Shown piece after piece: positions 44,437 through 54,520 of a DNA stretch of 64,000 nt (position 1 is the first letter of the stretch; every line of letters begins with the position of its first letter). The stretch lies in the IMG/VR virus record IMGVR_UViG_2845838682_000001; one strand, written 5' to 3'. The notes beneath the pieces are model-generated. The model made no database searches. It was not told where the DNA came from and saw only the letters and a program-made list of their open reading frames with translations. The translations under genes and the position numbers were made by a program. Origin of the DNA: a virus. Its lineage: Duplodnaviria > Caudoviricetes.

Positions 44437-45180
44437 TCAGCTGATGGTCTGGGGGTGGCAGGCGGGGCAGGGCACCCGGTGCAGCTCCTCACCGGCCAGG
44501 CGCATGCGGGTGCGGGTCTCGGCGTGGCAACGGCCGCAGTACGGCGGCAGGGCGGGCGCAGCCGGCGCCGCCGCAGTGTCGACGGGGGGCTGGGCGGGTT
44601 CCTCGGCCGGCGCCGGGACGTCGGCGTTGAGGGCCGCGCGGGCGGCCTCCAGCCGCGGCTGGTGGTAGCCCTCGGGGACCGGGCGGCGGCCACCACCGAT
44701 CACCCGGCACGCGCGGCCCTGAGGCTGGGCGCAGGCGGCGACGGGGCAGGCCACCGACAGGGCGGCGCGGCGGCGGGCGTAGTCGGCGCCGCGCGCGGCC
44801 GCGTACTCCGCCGTCGGCCCGGTCGCCGCCCGTCCCCCCGAGGCCAGCGCCAGGCGCACCTGGCGGCCGTCCGCGACGGCTTTGATCTGCTCCCGCAGCG
44901 CCTGGGTGTAGTCGCGGGCATCCGGGTCGGCGGCGGGCAGCGCCCGGTCCACGTTGGCCAGACGGGCAGCGCGGATCCGGCGCACCCCGGCCCGCACATG
45001 AGCCGGTTTCAGCCACTCCGTCGAGAACGCGTAGTGGTCGATGACCGCCTGGTTGGCGTCGTCGAAGCTGTCGAGGTCGCCGATGGCGGCGTGCCACGAC
45101 TTCACGTCGGCGTCGCCGCTGGTGCGGCGATCGTAGGCCGCAGCGGTGGCCAACAGCAGGCTCACCTCGGACTTTTTCAT
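44437..45180 (-). CDS. Replicative helicase loader/inhibitor-like (G39P-type) protein
   Basis: AAAYDRRT..D..SWH.AI.DL...D..QAV..HY..S.EW..PAHV; follows the initiator. Confidence 0.7.
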   Translation of the reverse strand: MKKSEVSLLLATAAAYDRRTSGDADVKSWHAAIGDLDSFDDANQAVIDHYAFSTEWLKPAHVRAGVRRIRAARLANVDRALPAADPDARDYTQALREQIKAVADGRQVRLALASGGRAATGPTAEYAAARGADYARRRAALSVACPVAACAQPQGRACRVIGGGRRPVPEGYHQPRLEAARAALNADVPAPAEEPAQPPVDTAAAPAAPALPPYCGRCHAETRTRMRLAGEELHRVPCPACHPQTIS

Positions 45181-46208
45181 GGCGTGCCTCCTTCGGCTGC
45201 TTCAGCGGCCTCCTGAGCGGCGTACTTGCGCGCGAGCTCCAAGGCGTCGCCGACGCGCTGATCGGTGGTCGAGGGGCGGCCGCCGCCGGGGAAGGCCACC
45301 ACGGTGTTTATGACCTCGTTGACGACGCTGGGCAGCGTCGCGGGGTGCAACCCCTTGCTCATCCAGGTCGCGATGCCGCGCCGGATGTCGTCGGGATCGA
45401 CGCCTTCGTCGAGCATCTGCTTGATGAGCTTCGACATCTGCCCGATCACCTGGCCGGGCGGGCGGCTGGGCGTGCGCTCCAACCACTCGGCGACGATGGT
45501 CTGAGCGGTGGGCGGCGTGGGCGGCTCGCCGCCCCGCTCCGTAGGAGCGGAACTTCCCCTGTTCCCCTGTTCCCCTGTTCCAGGGCCTGAGCTTCCGCCG
45601 TCTTCCGACTCTCGCGGTCGGACGGCGTCGGAAGTTCCGTCAACTCCCAGCTCAAGCGCCATTTGCGGGGGGCGGATTCCCGCGTCGTCCTCTTCGGGAG
45701 CGGGGTCGGGTTGCCCCGCCTCGCCCGTCGGCTCGGCGGTCGGTGGCGGGGCATGGGCGGCGGGCGCCGCATCGCCGTTTCCGCCTTCCGACTCCGAAGG
45801 TCGGAAGGTGTCGGAAGTTCCGCCGCTGCGCTGGTCACGCGGCATGAAGTTCCACTCTTCGCCCTCAGAGGGGGACGGGTAGCGCGACTTCGCCGTGCGT
45901 TCGTTGCGCTGATGCCGACGCCACGACGGGATGGCGTAGTACGGGCGCCCCTCCACCGTGTAGAACTGCACCCCGTACTGGTGCCGGACCTCGTTCAGGG
46001 CCGAGCGGAAACCCGCCAGGGTGGAAATCGGCGCGTCCTCGTCGAGGGGAAAGGCGAAGCCCTGGAGTTCCCGCAGATTGCAGGTTCCTCGGCCGGTGTC
46101 GTCGGCCCAGTTCCACATGGCGATGTAGAGCAGTCGGGCCCACGGGCTGATACTCCCGGTGCCGGGAGAGGACCAGAACTCCGGCTTTACGGTGCGGATG
46201 CGGGCCAT
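45177..46208 (-). CDS. Phage replication initiation protein
   Basis: MARIRTVKPEFWS..LLYIAMWNWADD.GRG..YYAIPSW..HQR. Confidence 0.85.
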   Translation of the reverse strand: MARIRTVKPEFWSSPGTGSISPWARLLYIAMWNWADDTGRGTCNLRELQGFAFPLDEDAPISTLAGFRSALNEVRHQYGVQFYTVEGRPYYAIPSWRRHQRNERTAKSRYPSPSEGEEWNFMPRDQRSGGTSDTFRPSESEGGNGDAAPAAHAPPPTAEPTGEAGQPDPAPEEDDAGIRPPQMALELGVDGTSDAVRPRESEDGGSSGPGTGEQGNRGSSAPTERGGEPPTPPTAQTIVAEWLERTPSRPPGQVIGQMSKLIKQMLDEGVDPDDIRRGIATWMSKGLHPATLPSVVNEVINTVVAFPGGGRPSTTDQRVGDALELARKYAAQEAAEAAEGGTP

Positions 46209-46258
46209 GGGAGATGCCCCCGGTTTCATGCTCGTGGTGGATAGCGGACAGGTTGCGG

Positions 46259-46897
46259 CTACGGTTGCCGGTCGCCCTTGCGGGCGTTGCAGGTTGTGCA
46301 AAGCACCTGGAGGTTGCCGGGGTTGTCGGAGCCGCCCCGCGACCGCGGGCGGATGTGGTCCATTTCCAGGCCGCGGTAGAGGGAGCGTCCGCCACCGGGC
46401 TTGGACGGGACCATGTCTCCGGGCTTCCAACCGCAGGAGCGGCACGTGAACCCGTCACGGGCGAGGACCTCTGCGCGCAGCGGGGTATGGACCGTCGGCG
46501 GTGCCTCGCGCTGGAGTTCCGTCAGCTTGGACAGCACCGAGTCGCGGATCTTGGTCGAGGTGACAGCGTCGACCGCGTCGAGTGCAGCGACGACGCGGCG
46601 CGGGTGACGGCCGATCTGCTCGAAGACGAGGAAGCCCGGGACGAAGACCGCCTGCTCGTCGTGATCGATGACCACGAGCCCTGCGTCTTCGAGGTCGCTG
46701 AGGGCGTGCTCGACGCGTCCAGGCGTCAGCCCGGAGGCGAAAGCCGACCAGCGGCGGATGCGTAGCGACAGCACGCCCGCGGCATCGATGTCGGACTGGG
46801 AGAGAAGCATCAGGTAGATGTGCTGGTTGTGCGCGTTCAGCTGGAGGAAAACGGGGTCTTGCCACAGCGACACGGGGATGTTGGTGGAGTTGGGCAT
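46259..46897 (-). CDS. HNH endonuclease fused to an initiator-like winged-helix N-terminal domain
   Basis: SLWQDP.FL.L....[14 protein letters not shown]; [40 protein letters not shown]. Confidence 0.85.
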   Translation of the reverse strand: MPNSTNIPVSLWQDPVFLQLNAHNQHIYLMLLSQSDIDAAGVLSLRIRRWSAFASGLTPGRVEHALSDLEDAGLVVIDHDEQAVFVPGFLVFEQIGRHPRRVVAALDAVDAVTSTKIRDSVLSKLTELQREAPPTVHTPLRAEVLARDGFTCRSCGWKPGDMVPSKPGGGRSLYRGLEMDHIRPRSRGGSDNPGNLQVLCTTCNARKGDRQP

Positions 46898-46942
46898 CAG
46901 GGCCTCCTCGCTCTGTTCGGTAGTTGTCGTGGCGTGTACGAC

Positions 46943-47930
46943 TCAGTCCGCCAGAGCGTCGGTATTCAGGGCTGCCGTGACGGCGTCGTCGCGCTCGCGC
47001 ATGCGATCGATGTCGGCCAGCACCGCGGCGCTGGCCGCGACGAGCGCCCGCAGCTGGCCATGCGTCAGCGCCTCGCCAGTGAACCCGCGGACGAGCACCC
47101 GCTCATCGGAGGTGTGCAGCACGGCGGTGCCGTCGGGCAGCATCACCCCTCTGGTCTCGGCGTCGAGGTCCTCGACGCGGCCGGCGCCGAGCAGCACGGC
47201 CCCGGCGGCGGGGCGCCGGTGCTCGGGAACCGTGTAGGTGGCGCTGTTCGCACCCTCGGGGTGGTCGATGGTGACGCGGGCGCCGCCGGCCTCCCACGGG
47301 CCGGCGGTGGTGATGGAGATGGCGTCGTCGCCGGGGGTGCGGTCGATGAAATCCACGGTGGGCTCCTCAGCGCTGCGTGATCGTGTCGATGACGGTGAGC
47401 GTGGGCTGGGCGATGCGGCGGCGCCGCTCCAGCTCTTTCGCCCACCCCGCGTCGGTGGTGCGGCGGGCGACCTCCCGGGTGATGGCCGTTCGCAGCGCCT
47501 CGTCGGCGGCCCGGTCGCGGCGGGTGGCCAGGACGCCGCGGAGCACACCGAGCCGGTGCATGGCGGGCGTGGCGTCGTCGACGTGGCGGCGGGCCACCCG
47601 CAGCACCCCGTCGGTTCCGAACAGGACGTCGTCGACGCGGGCGCGCTGGTTGCGGACCTCGCGGGCGGCGGCGTTCAGCGCCGACCGGTCGGACTTGAGC
47701 TGCGTCACGCGGTCGGGATCGGCGTGCTTGGCGCGGCCGATCTCGCGGCGGGCGGCCTTGACCGTCTCGGCGAGCTCGTCGCGCAGCTCGGTCAACTCCG
47801 CCCCGGTGAGCCAGTGGGCGGGGTCGGACGGGACGCGCTCGGTGGGGTGGCACAAGGTGCGCACGAAGCGTTCGGCGTCCGCGGCCCACTGCTGGCGGGA
47901 TGGCCACAGCGGCGGCTGTTTCTGCGTCAT
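46943..47930 (-). other. Two hypothetical genes (46943-47356, 47367-47930)
   Basis: GAGGAG and AAGGGG RBSs; high GC3 frames. Confidence 0.55.
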
Positions 47931-47967
47931 CGGGGGTACCCCCTTCCGAGTGGGGTGGATGGCCGGG

Positions 47968-48792
47968 CTATGCGGCGTCGCCGCTGAACAGGTCGTGCTG
48001 GTGGGCATGGGCGAGGGGGCGGTTGGACCACAGCACCTCGACGCGGTCTTTCTCCTGCTTGGCGTTGCCGGTCATGGTGTTGCGGGCGGTGCGGTGCCAG
48101 CCCTCGTATAGCTCGGCGTAGAGCGGGGAGTCGTAGCCGGAGAGCATGACCGCGGCAGAGCAGCCGGCGAGCGCCTCGGCGAGTTCGCGGTGGTCGGATT
48201 CGCCGCGCATTTCGCGGCGGTAGTTGGAGTGCGGCCGCGTGGACCCGAGGTACGGGGGGTCCACGTAGAGCAGCACGTCCGGCGAGGCCCCGTACTTCGC
48301 GATGACGTCGAGGGCGGGCAGGCACTCCAGCGACACGGACGCGAGCCGCTCCGCTGTCGCGGCGAGCCTCTCGACGTAGGCCGCCATGTAGCCGGGCATG
48401 CCGATCGTGGAGCCGGCGGGGTCGATGTAGTGGCGCCACCCGGTGTTGCGCAGCGTCCCCGAGCGGCCCTGGGACAGGCGGGACCAGGTGCGGCGCGCGG
48501 CCTCCAGTTCGTCGGTGGTGGGTTCGTGGCTGGCGGCGAGTTCGGCGCGGGAGTGCGGGCTCAGGACGCAGGCGCGGATCAGCTCCGACGGCCGGTCGCG
48601 CAGGACGCGCCACATGGTCATCAGCTCGCCGTCGAGGTCGTTGGCGGTCTCCATCGCGCTGGGGTGCTTGGCGAGGAGGACGGAGAGACCGCCGCAGTAC
48701 GGTTCGACGTAGTGGCCGTGGGGCGGCAGCAGGCTGGCGATCCAGTCGGCAATGCGGGCCTTGCTGCCGAAGTAGGGGGCGGGCGGTCGCAT
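47968..48792 (-). CDS. DNA adenine methylase (Dam/D12 class)
   Basis: PYFGSKARIA..YVEPYCGGLSVLL..ANDLD..LYVDPPY. Confidence 0.93.
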   Translation of the reverse strand: MRPPAPYFGSKARIADWIASLLPPHGHYVEPYCGGLSVLLAKHPSAMETANDLDGELMTMWRVLRDRPSELIRACVLSPHSRAELAASHEPTTDELEAARRTWSRLSQGRSGTLRNTGWRHYIDPAGSTIGMPGYMAAYVERLAATAERLASVSLECLPALDVIAKYGASPDVLLYVDPPYLGSTRPHSNYRREMRGESDHRELAEALAGCSAAVMLSGYDSPLYAELYEGWHRTARNTMTGNAKQEKDRVEVLWSNRPLAHAHQHDLFSGDAA

Positions 48793-48856
48793 GGCGTCCT
48801 CTCGGGTGGTGCGTGGGTGGCCGGGCGGGGGCGGGCCCGCCCGGCGCGCGGGCGGG

Positions 48857-51182
48857 TCAGGCTGGGGCGAGTCCGGCCATGCGGCGCAGCGCCGACGTGG
48901 TGTAGCGCTCCCGGCACTCGTCGGGGTCGCCGAGGAGCCCGGCCAGGGCGGCGCGGAGCTTGTCGCGCTCGGCGGCCACGTCGTCGACAGCGTCGGGGTG
49001 GCCGTGGTGGGGGCAGGGGCAGTCGTGGTCGACGAACGCCTGGTAGTGGTCGTGGTCGGCGTCCATGTCCTCAGGGCTGTGGGGGGCGTCGATGCGGTGG
49101 CCGGCGTCGCGGGCGGCCTGGATTTCGGTGCGCAGGCGTGCGGTGATCTGCTCGATGCGGTCGATTGCGCTTGTGCTGGTGGGGGTGTGGCCGTCGGCGA
49201 GGGCGAGGTAGGCGGAGATAACCGAGTGCGCGTCGTATTCGAGGTCGCGATGGGCGCGGGTGTAGGTGGTGGAGTAGGTGTGCTGCACGGTGTCCTCCTT
49301 GCTTGTGGGTGTTCTTGCGTGCCCGCCCCGCCTTGCAGCGGGGCGCCGGCTGGGTCCGGGCGGGCTGTCAGGCGGTGCGGGTTATCCGTGGTCGCGGAGG
49401 AACTGGGCGAGTTTCTCGACGGAGTTCCCGGGGCCGTCGACCTTGCGCCACTCGTCGATGGCGAGCGCGGTGAGCCACTGGGCGGCGGTGCGGGCGTCGG
49501 CGGTGCCGTAAACGCTGGCCTTGCCTTGGTGGTCGACGAGGATTGCGTAGGCGTAGTCGTCGGGGCCGACGACCTCGATTGGCGAGGGCGGGAGTTCAGC
49601 CACGGCGCGTCTCCTCGGTGGTGCAGATGGGGCACTTGTGGTCGGCGCCGCCCTCGTGGCAGCGATCGATGCACCGGCGGCACCAGCGGGTGTCCCGGTA
49701 TTGGGCGGCCCCGTTGAAGCTGATGTTGTTCACGAAGGTGGCGCCGCAGTTGACGCAGGCGTCGGCGGACGGGGTGCAGGTGGGGCACTCGCCGGAGACG
49801 TCCGGGAGTTTCCGCCCGGCAACGGCAGCGTCCATCTCGGCCTCGTTGGCGTCGCGGAGATTGGTGCCGCACCGGTCGCAGGCCCGCTGCACGCGGACGG
49901 TCTGCCCGCTATCGTCGTCGGACGGGGCCATGGCGAGCCGGCGGGCGCGGCCCAAGGCGGCGTCGATGTCGTCGACCACCGTGCCGGGGTCGCGGGCTAC
50001 GCCCTCGCGCAGGACGGCGCGGCGCACCCACCATCCGGCCACGCCGCGGATTTCGGCGGTGTAGGTGCCGCCGGGGCCGCGGACCTGAAGGCGCACGGCC
50101 GCTCGTGCGATGCCGCGCAGCTGCCTGACGCGGCGCAGCATCTCCGGCCACGTCGTGCCGTGCTCTACCTCCAGCGCTGTCCGGAGCATGCGCTCGCGGC
50201 CCTCAGCGTCCACGCGGGCGGCCTTGGCGGTGACGACGCGCTCGTCGTCGTCAGCGAGATCGGTAAGGGTGGCGGGGCAGTGGCAGTCGTGGCGCTCCTG
50301 CAGGAACCCGGTGTCGTACTCGCACCCGCACTGGGCCGTGTCGCAGGTGTCCATGTGCGGCAGTCGAGTGGGCTGCTCCGCCAATGCGGCGTCTGACTTG
50401 TCCGTACTGGTCGGGGGGTCGTCCAGGGCGCGGATGAGGCGCGCGCCGTCGTGGAGTACGCCGAGCCACCGATCCGGGCTCCGGCGCGCGTACTCGTCCA
50501 GCGCGGCGGCGCACCGCTCTCGCTCCTCGCCGAGAATCCGCGCCAGCAGCGGGCGCAGCGCCGGACCCAGGTCCGCCTCGCTGACCTCAATATGGCCGGG
50601 CGGGGACTCGTAGAAGCGCGAGAGCGCGATGCACACGTCCTCGTCGTAGCGGTCGCCAATGTCGGTCACAGGGGTCTCTCCTCAAATGCAGTCGGCGGTG
50701 TGGGGGCAGGTGTCGCCGTAGACCGCGCAGCAGACGGCGTCGGCGTCTCCGGTGTCGGCGATCGAGCAGGACACGGCTCCTCCTTAGGTGTGGTCGGGTT
50801 CCGCGTCGGTGGGGGCCCAGCACCCGCAGGCGCCGTTGCTGGCGATGGGGCCGCGGCAGTCGAAGCACCAGGGGCCGGACAGCCACTCGCCGTCCAGGTC
50901 GGTGGGCAGGTCCGGGGCGGGCGCCGAGGCCACGACCTCCATGCCGAGCGAGACGCCCACGGGGTCGGTCGACTCGCAGGCACGGGCGGAGCGGGTGCGG
51001 CAGCGCAGCACGGAGCCGGCCAGGCGGGCGCGGATGCGCTCCTTCTCCCAGGCGGCCTCCTGGCGGAAACGGTCGGCTGCCTGACGGGCGCGCAGGACGG
51101 CGATGCGACGGTCCAGCTCGGCGTCGCTGTACTTCCAGGGGTTGTCGAGCAGGCGGCCGATCTGTGCCTCGTACACGTCCAT
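48857..51182 (-). other. Hypothetical genes (48857-49288, 49382-49603, 49596-50669, 50784-51182)
   Basis: RBSs; several CxxC motifs; the 50784-51182 gene follows promoter copy 8. Confidence 0.55.
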
Positions 51183-51219
51183 GCGTCGCTCCCTCAGGCG
51201 TATGGTGGGCGGTGATTTG

Positions 51220-51258
51220 CTATATCTAAATCATAATTGATTATGATAAAGATATCAA
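51220..51258 (-). promoter_or_regulatory. Repeated strong promoter, copy 8, with a second inverted box
   Basis: TTGATA N17 TATGAT TTAGATATAG; ATATCTAAATCATAAT-TG-ATTATGATAAAGATAT dyad. Confidence 0.85.
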
Positions 51259-51650
51259 GTGGTTTGGGTGAGGAGACCCACCCGGCACCGCACCCAGCAC
51301 CAGACCATCTGCACCCGCGCACCCAGCCGCGTCCGCGCCCGCCCCGAAGCGACCACCCGCGCGCCGTCGCACGCCTCCCACCGGATCCCGCCCTCCGAAC
51401 CCGGCCCATACACCTCGAACTCCAGCCCCGGCGTGATCGGCAGAACCGCCGCCGGCTCCCACACGCCGTCCTCGCCCTGGGCCTGCACCGCGCCGATGTG
51501 CTTGCGGTACCGCGCACCCATCCCGCACACCACACACGCCCGCAGCTGGCCGGCGGCCACGAACACGTGCGGCACGTCCTGGGCATCACCCGGTGTCCCG
51601 TCGATCCCGGCGGCGCCCCGCGCCGCCTCCCCACTGTCTGCGAACTCCAC
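51255..51650 (-). CDS. Hypothetical protein
   Basis: GTG with GAGGAGG RBS. Confidence 0.5.
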   Translation of the reverse strand: MEFADSGEAARGAAGIDGTPGDAQDVPHVFVAAGQLRACVVCGMGARYRKHIGAVQAQGEDGVWEPAAVLPITPGLEFEVYGPGSEGGIRWEACDGARVVASGRARTRLGARVQMVWCWVRCRVGLLTQTT

Positions 51651-51733
51651 GGCCGTCCTCCTCACCTCGGTCTGTCGTGGTCCCCCCGCCGCCCCAGGAG
51701 GACGGCCCCGGGGCGGCAGAGGCACCCGACAGG

Positions 51734-51946
51734 TCAGCGGGACGGCTCCACGAACTGGGCGTAGACAGCACGGGCCGCGGGCTCAGGCACGCGGTAGGCG
51801 CGCCCGATCCTGATGGCGGGCAGCCTGCCGTCGTGGATCATGCGGTAGACCGTCATCTTCGAGAGCCGCAGCATGCGGGCGACCTCGGTCACCGTCAGCA
51901 GGGGCGGCAGCTCCTCCTCCGGGCCGGGAGTTGAGGGAGTACTCAT
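51734..51946 (-). CDS. Excisionase-family (MerR/HTH_17) DNA-binding protein
   Basis: LLTVTEVARMLRLSKMTVYRMIHDGRLPAIRIGRAYRVP. Confidence 0.9.
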   Translation of the reverse strand: MSTPSTPGPEEELPPLLTVTEVARMLRLSKMTVYRMIHDGRLPAIRIGRAYRVPEPAARAVYAQFVEPSR

Positions 51947-53042
51947 CAGTCCTGGCCTCCCTCCGCCTCGCCGCCGTCGTCGGTCTCGGGGTCTTCATCC
52001 AGCAGCTTCGACAGCCCGTCAGCCTGCCGCTGCATCTCCAGCCACATCTCCTGCGCGGAGAGCTGGTTGTGCACCGCCTTGCGGGCCTCCTTGGCCCACA
52101 CGTCCACACCGGCCCGCAGCTTCGCGAGCGCCACCAGCGCCACGTGGTCCCCAGCCGCATCCAACACCTGCTTGGGCAGGACGACCTGGCCCTCCTCGTC
52201 GAGCGTCCCCTGGGCCGTGCGCTCCAGGTACAGCGCCCGCTGCACCTGCCGCACCGTGTCCTCCTGATCCGGGGCGGCAACCTCGCCCGAGACGAGGACC
52301 AACTTGAGCGCGGGCTCCTTGTCCTGGCCCGGAGCGGGCTCGGTCCGCTCACCGGGCGCCAGCTCCCCGACGATCATCAACCGCATCCGCTTGCCGGTGC
52401 GGGCGGCGGCCATGAGCGGCTGAGCGTAAGGGGCGAGCGCATCGCCCACGCTGACCGAGTAGTTCGGGTCGAACTTCAGCTTCATCAGATTCCTCGTCCT
52501 GGTCAAAGGGTCGCCGCGGCGCGCACGATCGCGTCGCGGAACGGCTGGTCCAGCTCCTGGGTCTCGGGCGCCAGCTCGCGAAACGGCACGAGACTGGAGT
52601 GGTGCGGGTTGGTCGCGGTGCGCCAGATCGACCAGGCGTCGTGCACGTCCTGGGCCGTGGTCTCCGCGCCGGTGACCAGGGCCAGCAGCGCGTACAGCCG
52701 GGCCAGGTCCGGCTCCAGGTGGCCGGCCTCCGCTTCGACGGTGTCGAGGGCGGCTTGGGCGTAGTTCGCAGCCACCTGGCGGGAGAACGCCAGCTCGCTC
52801 GTCAGCGCGTCGGCGAGGATTTCGGCGCCGAACTGGTCGTAGTCACCGATGTCGGCGTCGTCGAGGACGTTGACCAGCCGCCGGTGGGAGACAGGCGCGG
52901 TGGTGGGCTGGCCGTCGTGCAGCCAGGTGACGTTCCAGGTCTTCAGCAGCTCCGTCGCGATCTGCTCCTCGGCGTCGGCGGCCAGGTCGATCTCCTCATC
53001 GATCCAGGCCGCCAGCTCCTTGTGGTCGGCATGTGCGGGCAC
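51946..53042 (-). other. Two hypothetical genes (51946-52506, 52503-~53042)
   Basis: Coupled ORFs; LYALLALV.G..TT..DVHDAW..W...P.H.SLVPF motif in the second. Confidence 0.6.
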
Positions 53043-53076
53043 AGACACTCCTTCGTGGTCAGTCATCGGATATGGG

Positions 53077-53583
53077 TCAGGCGGCGCCGCGGGCCGCGCG
53101 TGCACGCACCGGGTCGGGGTCGGGCACGTGGTCGGGGCGGCCCGCCCGCTTCCACCGCTTGTGGCAGGAGGCGATCAACACCTCGCCGTTGGGGCCGGTG
53201 CCCTCGCGGCGGCCTGTGCGTCCGCAGTGCTCGCAGCGCCAGGCCGCATCCGCACGGTTGTCGCCGGTGACCGTGCCCGCCTGGGCGCGGCCGCGGCGGA
53301 CCTTGCGGCGCTCGTCCTCGTCGAGGCCGCCCCATACCCCGTGCCGCTCCGGCACCGTGAGCGCGTGCTCCAGGCACTCCTGGCGCACCGGGCATCCGGC
53401 GCAGATCTGTTTGGCCTGCTGGCGCCGCTTCTCCCGTCGGCCGCGGCGCGCGTAATCCTCGGGGTCGAAAAACAACGCGGGGTCGGCGTCGTTGCAGGAC
53501 CCGTCGACCTGCCAGCTGGTGTCGATTTGGGAGCGCAGCAGCCGCGGCGCCCGCTGCTCACCCGCGCGATTCGGCTGGGTCAC
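53077..53583 (-). CDS. whiB: WhiB-family transcriptional regulator with C-terminal CxxC extension
   Basis: C.DADP.LFF..AKQICAGCPVRQECL..GVWGG..ER. Confidence 0.92.
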   Translation of the reverse strand: MTQPNRAGEQRAPRLLRSQIDTSWQVDGSCNDADPALFFDPEDYARRGRREKRRQQAKQICAGCPVRQECLEHALTVPERHGVWGGLDEDERRKVRRGRAQAGTVTGDNRADAAWRCEHCGRTGRREGTGPNGEVLIASCHKRWKRAGRPDHVPDPDPVRARAARGAA

Positions 53584-54077
53584 CGCTCACCCTCCGCGGC
53601 GCGGATGCGGATGACGGCGCCCGGCTCGGTCAGCGCGTCCGGGTCGCGGGCGAGCACGTAGACCTTGGCGAGCCGCCCGTAGGCCACCACCTGCGCGTCG
53701 TCGCGCCAGACCCGGGCGGTGGTCAGCGCGTCCTCCGTGCTGCGGACGAGCTTCGACAGGTCCGGTTTCACGGCCGGGAACGCCGGCGCCGACGCCAGCA
53801 CTCGGCGGCCGTACCGGCCGGTGCCCATGTGGGACTTGGGTCGCGCCAGGCTCAGCACCAGGTCCACCTCTAGGGCGCCCGCCAGCGGGAAACCGCGGCG
53901 GCCCCGCAGGTTCAGCACCTGGCAGGCGTAAGTGTGCACCCGGTCCCGCCACGGCTTCAGCAGCGCCGAGGACTCGTACATCTCGCCGTTCTTGCCCTTG
54001 CTCTTGGAACCCTGCGGAGCCGGGGTGCCAAGCACGGTCAGCTCGAACAGCACTCCGGCCCGGGTTGTTACCGTCAT
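53580..54077 (-). CDS. rusA: RusA-like Holliday junction resolvase
   Basis: VLGTPAPQGSK..KPDLSKLVRSTEDALT..VWRDDAQVV. Confidence 0.9.
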   Translation of the reverse strand: MTVTTRAGVLFELTVLGTPAPQGSKSKGKNGEMYESSALLKPWRDRVHTYACQVLNLRGRRGFPLAGALEVDLVLSLARPKSHMGTGRYGRRVLASAPAFPAVKPDLSKLVRSTEDALTTARVWRDDAQVVAYGRLAKVYVLARDPDALTEPGAVIRIRAAEGER

Positions 54078-54142
54078 CGGTGGTCTCCTTCTTCATGTCG
54101 GGGGCGCCCGGCCCCTAGCGCGGGCGCCCCGTGCCGGAGTGG

Positions 54143-54520
54143 TCAGAACAGGGCGGGCTGATCCACCTGCTCGGCGTGTACGGCGGTGCGCCCCGGCGGT
54201 GTCGCCGCGGGCTGCGGCCGCTGACGGTGGCATTCACACGGGCACAGCCACCGGCAGGCCACCGGCGCCAGCCACACCTGCACCGGCGCCCGCGGCGACG
54301 GCCAGTACCGGACGTAGGCGTCCCTGTCGGTCAGATACGTCTCGCACTTGGGGTCGGCATAGACGCCCTGGCACTGGTTGTGGTTGCCGACGGCGCAGTG
54401 CCCGGCCGCGCCGAGCTGGCACCCGCACGTGTGCGTCAGTCCCGGAAGGGCTGCGTGGGCGCGGCGCATCCGCGGCGTCCAGGCGTTCTCGCGCACCCAC
54501 GCAGCCGCGTTGCTACGCAT
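54143..54520 (-). CDS. Cys-rich hypothetical protein
   Basis: AAAWVRE.AW..C.CQ.G..GHC..G.H.QC..CRWLCPCECH. Confidence 0.6.
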   Translation of the reverse strand: MRSNAAAWVRENAWTPRMRRAHAALPGLTHTCGCQLGAAGHCAVGNHNQCQGVYADPKCETYLTDRDAYVRYWPSPRAPVQVWLAPVACRWLCPCECHRQRPQPAATPPGRTAVHAEQVDQPALF

